A stretch of 64,000 nucleotides of DNA from Bacteroidota bacterium (lineage in GTDB: Bacteria > Bacteroidota > Bacteroidia > NS11-12g > UBA955): NCBI GenBank assembly GCA_025354385.1, contig JANXMZ010000003.1:44659-108658 (forward strand). The letters run 5' to 3'. Made by a program: the position numbers and the translations under genes. Below the pieces are notes generated by a model. It saw only the letters and a list, made by a program, of their open reading frames with translations. It did not search any database and had not been told where the DNA came from. Positions 45,998 to 55,103 of this stretch are shown piece by piece; within the stretch, counting starts at the first letter, position 1, and every line of letters begins with the position of its first letter.

Positions 45998-46906
45998 ATG
46001 CTAGAAGAAAAAGAATTAAAAGCCTTAGTAACATTGCTCGAAGATAATGACGAGACTATTTGGCAAATTGCATTTGATGCTTTGAGCGAAGCCGACATTG
46101 CACATCTTGAACTACTCAACGATTATTTGTTCGAAGATGTTAACACCGCTGAACAACGCGAACGTTTGGAGGAGGCCATGAGCAATATTAAAATCAATCA
46201 TCTTTCAAGAAAATTGATTGATTGGAAAAAAGATGGGGGTAAAAATTTGTTATCGGCCATGGTGCTCATTAACCAATTTAAATATCCAGATGTTACCGAG
46301 GCCTATATTATTGAGAAACTGGAGGGTTTGCGTTTGGATGCCTGGCTTGAATTCCACTATGATTTAACAAGTTTTGAAAAAGTTAAAATCCTCAATTATA
46401 TTCTTTTTCAGTTACATGGCTTTAAAGGCAATGAAGCCAACTTTTTGCATCCAGACAATAGCTTTATTAACCGTGTGATTGACACAAAAGCGGGCAACCC
46501 TATATCGATTTCTATCATATACATGCTGCTCGCACAACGTTTGAATGTGCCTGTTTATGGTGTTAATTTACCTAAGCATTTTATAATGGCTTATGTTGAA
46601 AATGAGGAGACAGAAACATTGCAAAATTTCGGAGAAAAACAAGCTATCAGCGAAAATGCCAATGGCGATATTAAATTTTACATCAATGCATACAATGGAG
46701 GCGGTGTATTCAATTTCGATCAGTTACGAAATATTTTAAAGGAAATGGATTTGGAAGAAAAAAGAGAATATTACGAGCCTTGTACCAATATTGACATAAT
46801 AAGAAGGGTGCTCATGAATTTATTTAATAGCTATGCCCACATGAATATGAAAGAAGCAAAAATGATTGATAAGGTGATTGCCGCTTACAATGGCGAATCC
46901 TTATAG
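45998..46906 (+). CDS. Transglutaminase-like/SirB1-family protein (tentative)
   Basis: Start set to the ATG at 45998, 18 nt after the -7 box TAATTTTG. Central GNPISISIIYMLLAQRLNVPVYGVNLPKHF resembles the SirB1/UPF0162 N-terminal transglutaminase-like domain. Confidence 0.55.
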   Translation: MLEEKELKALVTLLEDNDETIWQIAFDALSEADIAHLELLNDYLFEDVNTAEQRERLEEAMSNIKINHLSRKLIDWKKDGGKNLLSAMVLINQFKYPDVTEAYIIEKLEGLRLDAWLEFHYDLTSFEKVKILNYILFQLHGFKGNEANFLHPDNSFINRVIDTKAGNPISISIIYMLLAQRLNVPVYGVNLPKHFIMAYVENEETETLQNFGEKQAISENANGDIKFYINAYNGGGVFNFDQLRNILKEMDLEEKREYYEPCTNIDIIRRVLMNLFNSYAHMNMKEAKMIDKVIAAYNGESL

Positions 46907-48793
46907 TTTGCAAAACTTCAAACACGAACCATCTGCAAATCTCAGAAAATAAACACCCGCTTCGTAGGCTTCTATATTAATTTGCGCTCCATTAAACACC
47001 TTTACATTTTCAATTACTTTGCCAGTAAGGTCTATTATTTCTGCAGTACTTTCAGTAAAATCGTACCCGTTTACGTGAAGTTTAATTTGATCATGACTAG
47101 GATTAGGCTGTAAAACAAGTCGAGTATTTAATTTCTCAACCGTTTGTATTGAAGAAGGCATTTCGGCCAAACCAACAGCCCACCATGCCAGTTGCACTTC
47201 ATATGCTTCTTTTGTAAATGAACCAAATAAATCTTTGGCGGCTAAAATAGATAATCTACTTGCCTCATGATAATCTGAATGAGGTGTTAAATAATGTCGT
47301 AAGGTAAAAAGAGCTAAGGTCTCGGCCTTCTGCCAACCAATGCCATTCACAGTAAAAGGTGTTGCTGTATTATCTTCTCTGTTCCCTTTACCGCCTTCTA
47401 CCATCAAATAAAACCAATAGTTTTGAATGCTACTGTTCTCATGCACTCCTCCATTGTCCCAAGAATCATAATTGGGCCAATAATTCAGTCCTTTGTAATA
47501 TTTAGGATGGTTTTTTAAATTGGGATTGCTCATATTTCTCAAACAGTCACCTTTGAACATTATCTTCTGACTCACTAGCCAATTAAAACTATCTGGCAAA
47601 TAAGTATGTTCAATACACTTGCCAAAAATATCAGAGTATGATTCGTTTAATGCCCCCGATTCATAACTATATATCAAATGTGCTGATTTTTGAGTAACAC
47701 CATGTGTAATCTCATGACCGCATACATCTAATGAGGTAAAATTTTTATATTGAACCCAGTCTCCATCTCCAAAAAAGGCACAAAATCCATCCCAATAGGC
47801 ATTGGCCAAATGGTTTCCTGCATGGGCAACCCCATACAATTTAAACCCCGAATCGTTGATACTATTTAAATTGAATTTGCTTAAGTAGTAATCTTTGGTT
47901 CGCTCAAGCCCCCATTGTATATCCAATACGGTTTGATACTTCTTCGGCCATTCACTTTGCTGATTAGTATATATCAAATTACTATCTAGTTGTTGCCAAT
48001 TTCTGCCATTAATGGTTTGTACTTGATATTTATTCGATCTCAAAATAAATGAATCTTTATTTAAGCTATCGCAACTAAAAGTGCGTACCCCACTGAACAA
48101 GGTTTTACCCTTTCCTTGAACATCCTCGTTGCACAAAATTGGCTCTCTAGTAAGTATGCTGCCAGTATTGGCATCTAGCATTACCAATTCTCTTGCAAGT
48201 GGTTCCACAGTATAAATATCGAACTGATAGGCTAAACGAAATTGATAGGTACCATCCTCTGATTTCAAAGGAACTATCACCTTTTTAGCACTTGGATAAT
48301 AGGTGGCATTCTTATCGGATTTCATATACTTTAAGCGCTGTTCGCTTGCTGCATCTTGCCATGCAAACTGAGCATTGCCATAGGTATTTAATAGTTCCTC
48401 CAAAGCCTTATGTGCTGACAATACAGCCACAGTATCAATTGAAATATATGGATAAAATTCTCCATTAAAATTAATGACAGCATTGTTTTTCACCCTCACA
48501 TTTAACATGCTGTTGTATACAGGAATGTTTTTATAAAGTTGATTGTATTTTACAAATGTCAATCCTGCATGACCCGCTTTCAAATCGCTTTGTTCGAAAT
48601 AAAAATGAGCATCGGCATGGTAGTTGTTGCGAAACCATGAGTTCAAATTGGCAAGCGAAGGACCCTTTGAAAACTCGGAGTTGAATACTAGTGAAAGAGG
48701 ATAGTTTTTAGCTATCGATGTTGATGCTGCCCCAGTTTGTGCGTATAGATTGATGCTTAAAAAAGCTACTAAACCTAAAATCCCATTTTTCAT
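46901..48793 (-). CDS. M4 (thermolysin-like) zinc metalloprotease with propeptide and T9SS type A C-terminal domain
   Basis: HEITHG (HExxH), GALNESYSDIFG (third Zn ligand Glu); signal peptide; C-terminal LQPNPSHDQIKL...GVYFLRFADGSCLKFCKL. Confidence 0.85.
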   Translation of the reverse strand: MKNGILGLVAFLSINLYAQTGAASTSIAKNYPLSLVFNSEFSKGPSLANLNSWFRNNYHADAHFYFEQSDLKAGHAGLTFVKYNQLYKNIPVYNSMLNVRVKNNAVINFNGEFYPYISIDTVAVLSAHKALEELLNTYGNAQFAWQDAASEQRLKYMKSDKNATYYPSAKKVIVPLKSEDGTYQFRLAYQFDIYTVEPLARELVMLDANTGSILTREPILCNEDVQGKGKTLFSGVRTFSCDSLNKDSFILRSNKYQVQTINGRNWQQLDSNLIYTNQQSEWPKKYQTVLDIQWGLERTKDYYLSKFNLNSINDSGFKLYGVAHAGNHLANAYWDGFCAFFGDGDWVQYKNFTSLDVCGHEITHGVTQKSAHLIYSYESGALNESYSDIFGKCIEHTYLPDSFNWLVSQKIMFKGDCLRNMSNPNLKNHPKYYKGLNYWPNYDSWDNGGVHENSSIQNYWFYLMVEGGKGNREDNTATPFTVNGIGWQKAETLALFTLRHYLTPHSDYHEASRLSILAAKDLFGSFTKEAYEVQLAWWAVGLAEMPSSIQTVEKLNTRLVLQPNPSHDQIKLHVNGYDFTESTAEIIDLTGKVIENVKVFNGAQINIEAYEAGVYFLRFADGSCLKFCKL

Positions 48794-48803
48794 TTTGGAA
48801 GTA

Positions 48804-50756
48804 TTAATATTTTACAAACTTCAAACAAGAACCATCTTCGAAACGCATTAAATAAAAACCCTTAGCCCAATTAGCAATATCTATTGAATTACCTGAACTC
48901 ACCTTTTGTTGCAAGATTAATTGCCCCATGATATCGCATATTTCAATATTTCTAACTGTATTATTATTGTTTTTAAAACTCAATGCTATTTTTTCATTGG
49001 CTGGATTAGGAGCCAAAGTAACAGTGCTATTCAAAGCTATTTTCTGCAAACCAACTGTAGGTAAATCGGCCAAACCAACTGCATACCAGCCCATTTGCAC
49101 CGTTTTAGACTCTTCCGACCCAACACCAAACAAATTATCGGCTACTAACATAGACGTAGTACTTACATCACTATAATCAGAAAAAGGTGTTAAATATTGT
49201 GTAAGCGTAGTATACACTAACTGTGTGGCCTTATCCCACCCAATTCCTTTTACCCAATAAGGATTTTGATCGGGCTTTTCTCTATTACCAGTGCCACCTT
49301 CTATCATCAGGTAAAACCAATAATTCTGAACTCCACTGTTGATATGCACTCCTCCGTAGTCATTGTCTGGACCGGGGCTACTTGCATTCAAAAAAAACAA
49401 CCCATCATAAAACTTAGGATTGGCTTTGAGCTTAGGATTTTCCATACTTCGAAAATAATTGCCATTGGCTTGAAATCTGTTTCCAATTAACCAATTAAAA
49501 CTATCTGGAATTGCATAATGCTCAACACATTTACCAAAAATATCCGAGAAAGATTCATTCAGTGCTCCAGATTCATTCATGTAAATTAATGAAGCCGTTT
49601 TTTGTGTCAAACCATGGCTAACTTCATGCCCACAAACATCTATTGAAGTAAGGGGTTTAAACTTAACACCATCACCATCACCAAAATTAGTATATTGTCC
49701 GTTCCAAAATGCATTGTTAAATTTCGTTCCAAAATGCACCAACCCAATGAGTTTGAACCCAGAATCATTCAAGCTATTTCTATTTAATTTTTCCTTGTAA
49801 AAATCATACGTTTTCTCAAGTCCCCAGTGAATGTCTAATGCCACCTCATCTTGTTGAATATTGGTTAAATTCCAAGCTTTAGTGTCGCTGTTTAATATAA
49901 TACCTGTATCCAAACGTGTTCCACCTCGGGCACTGTAGGTTTCAATACCTAGACCTCGCCCTTGTTCCTTTAAAAAAAATGAATCGGGCTGCGTGCTATC
50001 ACAAGTAATATTTTGCATACCACTGTATTTGGTAATGGCAGTTCCCTTCACATCTGTCGTATGAATTATTTGTTCCGTAAATAAGATATCTCCATTTATA
50101 GCATCTATGTATATCCATTCTCTAGAAAGAGGTTCACTTACATATACGTTGAATTTATAAGCCAATCGAAAATCAGCTTCTACTTGTGAATGGTTTTTGC
50201 TAATAATTACAATTTCGGCTTTAGGGTAGTAAGTCGCTAATGGATTTTGCTGTATTTGCTTTAACAGGTTCTCCTCCTTTTTATTTTGCCATGCAAAAAC
50301 TGCGAAACCATAGCGCGCCAAAGCAATTTTCAAGGCATCGGTTTCTTGAACCATTGGCTTTATATCAATATTTAAATTCGGATAATAATTGCCATTTAAA
50401 CTGTTCATCACCCCATTTTTAAAATGTGTATTCACCATACTTCCTTCAACAGGAATATTGCGATAAGTTTGTTTGAAACGGGTGTGGGACATTCCACTAA
50501 AATCAACGCTACTACCAGTATTCACTAAATTAAAATCAGCATTTGCTCCAAGATTTAATCTAAACCATTCATTCATACCCTCGATGCTAGGTGGCAATAC
50601 ATTAGAACCAGAAAATGAAATAAATGAAGGCAACTGATTATGCTTGTTCAGCGATTTAATTTCAAGTTTACTGTTAACAACGGCCTGCTGTGCAAAAGCA
50701 CTTGAAGCCAATAATAAGAATAGATAAGTTACATTTTTTTTCATGGTCAAGAACAT
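48804..50756 (-). CDS. M4 (thermolysin-like) zinc metalloprotease, tandem paralogue, T9SS type A C-terminal domain
   Basis: HEVSHG, GALNESFSDIFG; C-terminal LAPNPANEKIAL...GFYLMRFEDGSCLKFVKY. An alternative ATG at 50744 gives MKKNVTYL.... Confidence 0.85.
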   Translation of the reverse strand: MFLTMKKNVTYLFLLLASSAFAQQAVVNSKLEIKSLNKHNQLPSFISFSGSNVLPPSIEGMNEWFRLNLGANADFNLVNTGSSVDFSGMSHTRFKQTYRNIPVEGSMVNTHFKNGVMNSLNGNYYPNLNIDIKPMVQETDALKIALARYGFAVFAWQNKKEENLLKQIQQNPLATYYPKAEIVIISKNHSQVEADFRLAYKFNVYVSEPLSREWIYIDAINGDILFTEQIIHTTDVKGTAITKYSGMQNITCDSTQPDSFFLKEQGRGLGIETYSARGGTRLDTGIILNSDTKAWNLTNIQQDEVALDIHWGLEKTYDFYKEKLNRNSLNDSGFKLIGLVHFGTKFNNAFWNGQYTNFGDGDGVKFKPLTSIDVCGHEVSHGLTQKTASLIYMNESGALNESFSDIFGKCVEHYAIPDSFNWLIGNRFQANGNYFRSMENPKLKANPKFYDGLFFLNASSPGPDNDYGGVHINSGVQNYWFYLMIEGGTGNREKPDQNPYWVKGIGWDKATQLVYTTLTQYLTPFSDYSDVSTTSMLVADNLFGVGSEESKTVQMGWYAVGLADLPTVGLQKIALNSTVTLAPNPANEKIALSFKNNNNTVRNIEICDIMGQLILQQKVSSGNSIDIANWAKGFYLMRFEDGSCLKFVKY

Positions 50757-50764
50757 TTTTTTAA

Positions 50765-50772
50765 CAAAGATA
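50765..50772 (-). promoter_or_regulatory. -7 box TATCTTTG for the tandem M4 protease genes
   Basis: Exact match, 8 nt from the ATG at 50756 and 20 nt from the ATG at 50744. Only 10 nt separate the two protease genes, so they are probably co-transcribed. Confidence 0.45.
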
Positions 50773-50873
50773 TAAATTAATTCATTTAGTTGTTAATATG
50801 CTCAATTTGAATTGCAGGTATAGAAGATCATTCGCTAAAAATGACCTATTCATGACAAATAAAACCAGACAAC

Positions 50874-51719
50874 TTAAATGATAGTCTTCAAATCAAAAAT
50901 GGATTGAGCACTAAATTGACCTCTTTCATTTTTTTGAACGGTACAACATTCATTCACATTATCATGTTCAAAAAACAAAATGTAATGATTGTTTAAGGCA
51001 TCATCTAAAAATACTTGCTTATCCACCATGCTCTCCAAAGGTTTTATATCGTATGCCATCACATAATTTACTGGTAAATGACCAATGGAAGGAACCAGGT
51101 CGGCACAAAATACGATGGTTTGCCCTTTGTAATTAATTTGAGGCAACATCATGGCTTCGGTATGTCCATATACCATTCGCATGTGCATGAAAGGCGCTAC
51201 ATCATCAGGATTATTCACAAATTTTAATTGACCACTTTCTTGAATAGGCAATATGTTTTCTGTTAGAAAGCTGGCTTTCTCGCGCGGATTGCTATTGAAT
51301 GCATGCTGCCAATGGTCCTTGTTCGACCAATAGGTAGCATTTTTAAAAGCTGGTTGGTATTTTGTTCTATCCTTGTTCCACTCTATACTACCACCGCAAT
51401 GGTCGAAATGCAAATGGGTAAGCACCACATCAGTAATATCTTCGCGACTAAAACCCAATGCATTGAGCGATTTATCTAAGGTATCATCGCCATGTAAAAA
51501 ATAAAAACCAAAGAATTTTTCACTTTGCTTACCTCCTATACCATTATCAATTAATATAAGGCGATTACCGTCTTCTATCAACAAACAACGCATGGCCCAA
51601 CTGCACATATTATTATCATCTGCGGGATTGATATTTTGCCATATACTTTTAGGAACCACGCCAAACATAGCGCCTCCGTCAAGTTTAAAATGTCCTGTAT
51701 TGATTGTATATAAATGCAT
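50874..51719 (-). CDS. MBL-fold metallo-hydrolase
   Basis: HLHFDHCGG (HxHxDH). Start set to the ATG at 51719 (MHLYTINTG...), because the -7 box TATATTTG (51734-51741) lies downstream of the ORF-track start. Confidence 0.8.
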   Translation of the reverse strand: MHLYTINTGHFKLDGGAMFGVVPKSIWQNINPADDNNMCSWAMRCLLIEDGNRLILIDNGIGGKQSEKFFGFYFLHGDDTLDKSLNALGFSREDITDVVLTHLHFDHCGGSIEWNKDRTKYQPAFKNATYWSNKDHWQHAFNSNPREKASFLTENILPIQESGQLKFVNNPDDVAPFMHMRMVYGHTEAMMLPQINYKGQTIVFCADLVPSIGHLPVNYVMAYDIKPLESMVDKQVFLDDALNNHYILFFEHDNVNECCTVQKNERGQFSAQSIFDLKTII

Positions 51720-51733
51720 GGTGTTTGTAAACG

Positions 51734-51741
51734 CAAATATA
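51734..51741 (-). promoter_or_regulatory. -7 box TATATTTG for the MBL-fold hydrolase gene
   Basis: Exact match, 14 nt from the ATG at 51719. Confidence 0.45.
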
Positions 51742-51890
51742 GGTAAAGTTAGCAAGGGGGGAAGTTGTCAATTGCTAATATTTAGTGAGCAGTTGGAGGG
51801 TAGCAAGGAAAGTGATGAACAAATGGAGAGAACTGTGAAATATGTAAAATTCAGATGGGAGAGTGTAAAGTAGTTGTTATATTGTAACCC

Positions 51891-51898
51891 TATATTTG
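51891..51898 (+). promoter_or_regulatory. -7 box TATATTTG for the small lipoprotein gene
   Basis: Exact match, 62 nt from the ATG at 51961. The leader contains a 7-bp-stem hairpin (51905-51911 / 51927-51933). Confidence 0.4.
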
Positions 51899-51960
51899 TT
51901 CACTAAGAAAGGTAAATTTAGGATGTCTTTCTTTTAAACAATTAAATAACAATATTAAAA

Positions 51961-52245
51961 ATGAAATCTATTCAAAGCTTATTCAGCATTATTAGCATTG
52001 CAGCATTAACTGCTTGCAGCAGCACTCCACCGCAAACAACTACTACACCAACAGAAGTAACCGTTCAGACACCTGCACCAGAACCTGCAAAAACAACAGT
52101 TGTTGTTCAACCTGCTAAAGAAAATAACAATAGCACTGAAATTGGTATTGACAAAAATGGTGTTTCTTACACCAAAAAAACGGGTGATAAAGTGACAGAT
52201 GTTAAAATGACTACTGAAGAGAAGTCGGTGACAATCAAAAAATAA
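51961..52245 (+). CDS. Small Thr/Pro-rich lipoprotein, function unknown
   Basis: Lipobox ALTAC, then a TPPQTTTTPTEVTVQTPAPEPAKTT linker; 94 aa. Confidence 0.45.
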   Translation: MKSIQSLFSIISIAALTACSSTPPQTTTTPTEVTVQTPAPEPAKTTVVVQPAKENNNSTEIGIDKNGVSYTKKTGDKVTDVKMTTEEKSVTIKK

Positions 52246-52287
52246 AATTTCTTAAAAAATACAGGAAGGGGGTTTTTAGAAGGACCC

Positions 52288-53037
52288 CTATCTTGTGAGT
52301 ATGATATACTCAGATACTACCTTATTCAGAAAACGAACTTTCTGATCATTACTTCTAAATTGCAAATCGAGTTCTAAGGTGCTCAATACCTTTACTATTA
52401 ATAAATCTAATGCATCTAAATGTGCATCATTCTTGTATTCTTTAAATCTGAATAACGTATTCTTGATTAGAATAACATCCTTTTCATTTAGGCGGTTGGC
52501 ATTGAGATATTCAAATTCATAATCATCTTTATTCTTATTGTTTAACTCCAAAATATCTTCTAAACGAAAGTTATAATCATTCCTTTTCCGGATGACTGTT
52601 GTTCCCGAAATAATATCGCCCAAACGCTGACCGCTCTTATTGCTCGCAATTAAGAGCATGGCCAAAGCTCCTAACGAAAAATAAATATCAAATAGACGAA
52701 CAGACCATCGCGAAAAATAATCATAGAATTCCAACTCATCGCCATTTAATTTCACAACTTTTATTCCAACTGCGCGCTTTCCAATGGTTTGCCCGTTTCC
52801 TATAATTTCGCTAACTAAGGTATAAAACCACATCAGCGCAATAATAATTATGAAAAAGAAATAAAACATACCATCTCTTTCATCCAGATTATTGGCAAAA
52901 ATACCAACTATGAGTATGAGGTATACGACAGATAAAATAGAAAAATCAAGTATGAATGCAAAGATTCGTTGACCAACAGAAGCCAATTGATATTCAATTT
53001 TAACATTCTGTGAAGTATTGATTTCTACGAGTTGCAT
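52288..53037 (-). CDS. RDD-family membrane protein
   Basis: Start set to the internal ATG (MQLVEINTSQNVKIEYQLASVGQRIFAFILDF...). Motifs GKRAVGIKVV and GQRLGDIISGTTVIR; three TM segments plus a C-terminal soluble region. Confidence 0.7.
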   Translation of the reverse strand: MQLVEINTSQNVKIEYQLASVGQRIFAFILDFSILSVVYLILIVGIFANNLDERDGMFYFFFIIIIALMWFYTLVSEIIGNGQTIGKRAVGIKVVKLNGDELEFYDYFSRWSVRLFDIYFSLGALAMLLIASNKSGQRLGDIISGTTVIRKRNDYNFRLEDILELNNKNKDDYEFEYLNANRLNEKDVILIKNTLFRFKEYKNDAHLDALDLLIVKVLSTLELDLQFRSNDQKVRFLNKVVSEYIILTR

Positions 53038-53045
53038 TGTTACCA

Positions 53046-53053
53046 CAATTTTA
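53046..53053 (-). promoter_or_regulatory. -7-like box TAAAATTG for the RDD gene
   Basis: One mismatch (A at position 5), 8 nt from the ATG at 53037. Same geometry as the divergent partner. Confidence 0.3.
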
Positions 53054-53221
53054 TAGAACTTTTCAATCAAAAAAAAATAAAGCATTGGATTAGTTTTAAG
53101 CAAATTCGTTTTATGAGGCTCAATTTGCATTTATATGATTGGTGGCCATAACCTTCTGCCTTTCAAAATTATTTTTCTTAAATTTATTTATTCAAACTTA
53201 ATAAAAACGCATTTTTTTTTA

Positions 53222-53229
53222 TATCATTG
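53222..53229 (+). promoter_or_regulatory. -7-like box TATCATTG for the SpoIIM-like/MoxR operon
   Basis: One mismatch (A at position 5), 8 nt from the ATG at 53238. Confidence 0.3.
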
Positions 53230-53237
53230 CCTATCAG

Positions 53238-55103
53238 ATGCGGGAAAGTAATTTCGTTAAACAGAATCAAGAAAAATGGGCTCAATTTGAAAAGGATTTG
53301 TCGGGCAACCGCACACATCCCGATCTATTGAGGTCTCAACTGATTCAAACCACGGATGATTTATCATATGCCCGTACTTTTTACAAAAACCGTTCTGTTA
53401 GGGTTTATTTGAATGGTCTTGCTCAAAAAATATACATCAATATTTATAAGAACAAGAAAAATTTCGGTAAATCCATTGTACAGTTTTTTAAAGAAGAAGT
53501 GCCTTCCATTGCTTGGCACAATCGCAAAGTCATACTGATTTCATTCTTACTTCTTGTTTTTTCAGCCCTGATTGGCGCTTTTTCTTCGGCAAAAGACGAA
53601 CAATTTGCGCGCTCAATTTTATCTGATGGTTATGTGGATCAAACTTTAGAAAACATCAAAAAAGGCGACCCATTCGGCATCTATAAAGACGAAGGGCCTT
53701 TTCTAATGTTCCTTCAAATTGCCATGAATAATCTACAAGTATCGCTCTTTGTTTTTTTAGCTGGCATACTTGCTTCCTATGGTGCAGTTGTTTTAATGAT
53801 ACGCAATGGCATTATGTTAGGTGTATTCATGTATTTCTTTTATTCACGTGGTTTAGCCGCAGAATTTAATTACACGGTATTTCTTCATGGCACTCTTGAA
53901 ATGTTAACATTGGTAATAGAAACCACTGCTGGTATGTTATTGGGTAGAGGATTACTTTATCCAGGTACTCTCTCCCGCTACAAGGCCTTTAGTGTGTATG
54001 GCAGAAAAGGGGCTTTGCTATTTTTATCGACAGTACCATTCATTGTTTTTGCTGCCTTTATCGAATCTTTTTTGACACGCTACACGGAAATGCCCAATAT
54101 TTTAAGAGGCGCTATCATTTTGTTTTCGTTGGTATTAATGGTGTATTATTTTGTTATTTACCCTTACTTAAAATTCAGAAATACTAAAGATACTTTCGAT
54201 GAGTTACCCGATTTAAAACCTGACACAGCTCTGGAATTCAAGCAAGATACTATTTATAGTAACGGGCAGATATTTTTTAAAACCATACAAATTATGGGGG
54301 GCAATTTTATCAAAATTATAAGATACACTTTTTTAGTGAGCGCCTTGTATTATATTTGTTTGGCCATCTTTTATTTCAAAGACTCCATAGGAGAATTTAA
54401 ATTAATTCAGTTGGATATCATTTTTGTTGCGAATGTTAAAAAATTCTTCGACATGTACGAAAATGTAGGCTTGCTTTTCAATCCCAATGAATCATTGCAA
54501 ATGTACGCATTCTCTTCCCTTTGGCTGGCCCTGGCTTGCTTTGCTTCTATCTCAGTTTGCAAACAGTATTTTAAATCTCCCTCGCGCAGCACATTGCTAA
54601 CATTCGTTTCCTGTCTTATCATGTCCTTTGTATTGAATCTCTTATTGCTCTCTAATGAACCATTTGTAGTACTTGTTTTTATTTTAATTTCACCCATTTT
54701 TATCTCTGTTTTATTGAAGTATAATTTCACACGATTACAATCGGTGGACACCACAATATTCTCCCATCTATTTGCAGGATACGGCAAAATGTTTGGGATA
54801 CTTTGCATGATGATGCTGATAACCTTTTTCGGCTTTGTCTTTATACTCTCACCTGCTTCCTACTTCTTAATTATGGTGATGGATTTAAATGTAAAATTAA
54901 GTGATGAAATGTACACCATGGTGTTGCAATCCATGCTTATATTTTGCTTTATGCTGGTGGTTACATTTAGCATGGTATTTTATATTATACAAATGTATTT
55001 CTTCACCCATGTATCTAAAGAAATAAGCACTGCAGATGGCCTCAAGAAAGGGATAGAAGCAATAGGCACAATAAATAAAGCATACGGCATTGAAACAGAG
55101 TAA
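53238..55103 (+). CDS. SpoIIM-like (DUF95) integral membrane protein with an extra ~300-aa polytopic C-terminal half
   Basis: Cytoplasmic N-terminus (QEKWAQFEKDL...SYARTFY), then a TM core with FLHGTLEMLTLVIETTAGMLLG and FIESFLT, as in SpoIIM-family proteins. Residues ~330-621 add ~6-7 more TM helices. Confidence 0.55.
   Translation: MRESNFVKQNQEKWAQFEKDLSGNRTHPDLLRSQLIQTTDDLSYARTFYKNRSVRVYLNGLAQKIYINIYKNKKNFGKSIVQFFKEEVPSIAWHNRKVILISFLLLVFSALIGAFSSAKDEQFARSILSDGYVDQTLENIKKGDPFGIYKDEGPFLMFLQIAMNNLQVSLFVFLAGILASYGAVVLMIRNGIMLGVFMYFFYSRGLAAEFNYTVFLHGTLEMLTLVIETTAGMLLGRGLLYPGTLSRYKAFSVYGRKGALLFLSTVPFIVFAAFIESFLTRYTEMPNILRGAIILFSLVLMVYYFVIYPYLKFRNTKDTFDELPDLKPDTALEFKQDTIYSNGQIFFKTIQIMGGNFIKIIRYTFLVSALYYICLAIFYFKDSIGEFKLIQLDIIFVANVKKFFDMYENVGLLFNPNESLQMYAFSSLWLALACFASISVCKQYFKSPSRSTLLTFVSCLIMSFVLNLLLLSNEPFVVLVFILISPIFISVLLKYNFTRLQSVDTTIFSHLFAGYGKMFGILCMMMLITFFGFVFILSPASYFLIMVMDLNVKLSDEMYTMVLQSMLIFCFMLVVTFSMVFYIIQMYFFTHVSKEISTADGLKKGIEAIGTINKAYGIETE

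Noticed and set aside
45849-46034. 61-aa hydrophobic ORF ending 1 nt before the gldH ATG
   Set aside because: It would start inside the divergent transglutaminase-like gene and run across both promoters (45852-45859 and 45972-45979). It has no internal alternative start. It is probably a chance ORF.
51592-51873. 93-aa plus-strand ORF
   Set aside because: It starts antisense inside the MBL hydrolase gene, crosses that gene's promoter, and has a purine-rich, low-complexity translation.
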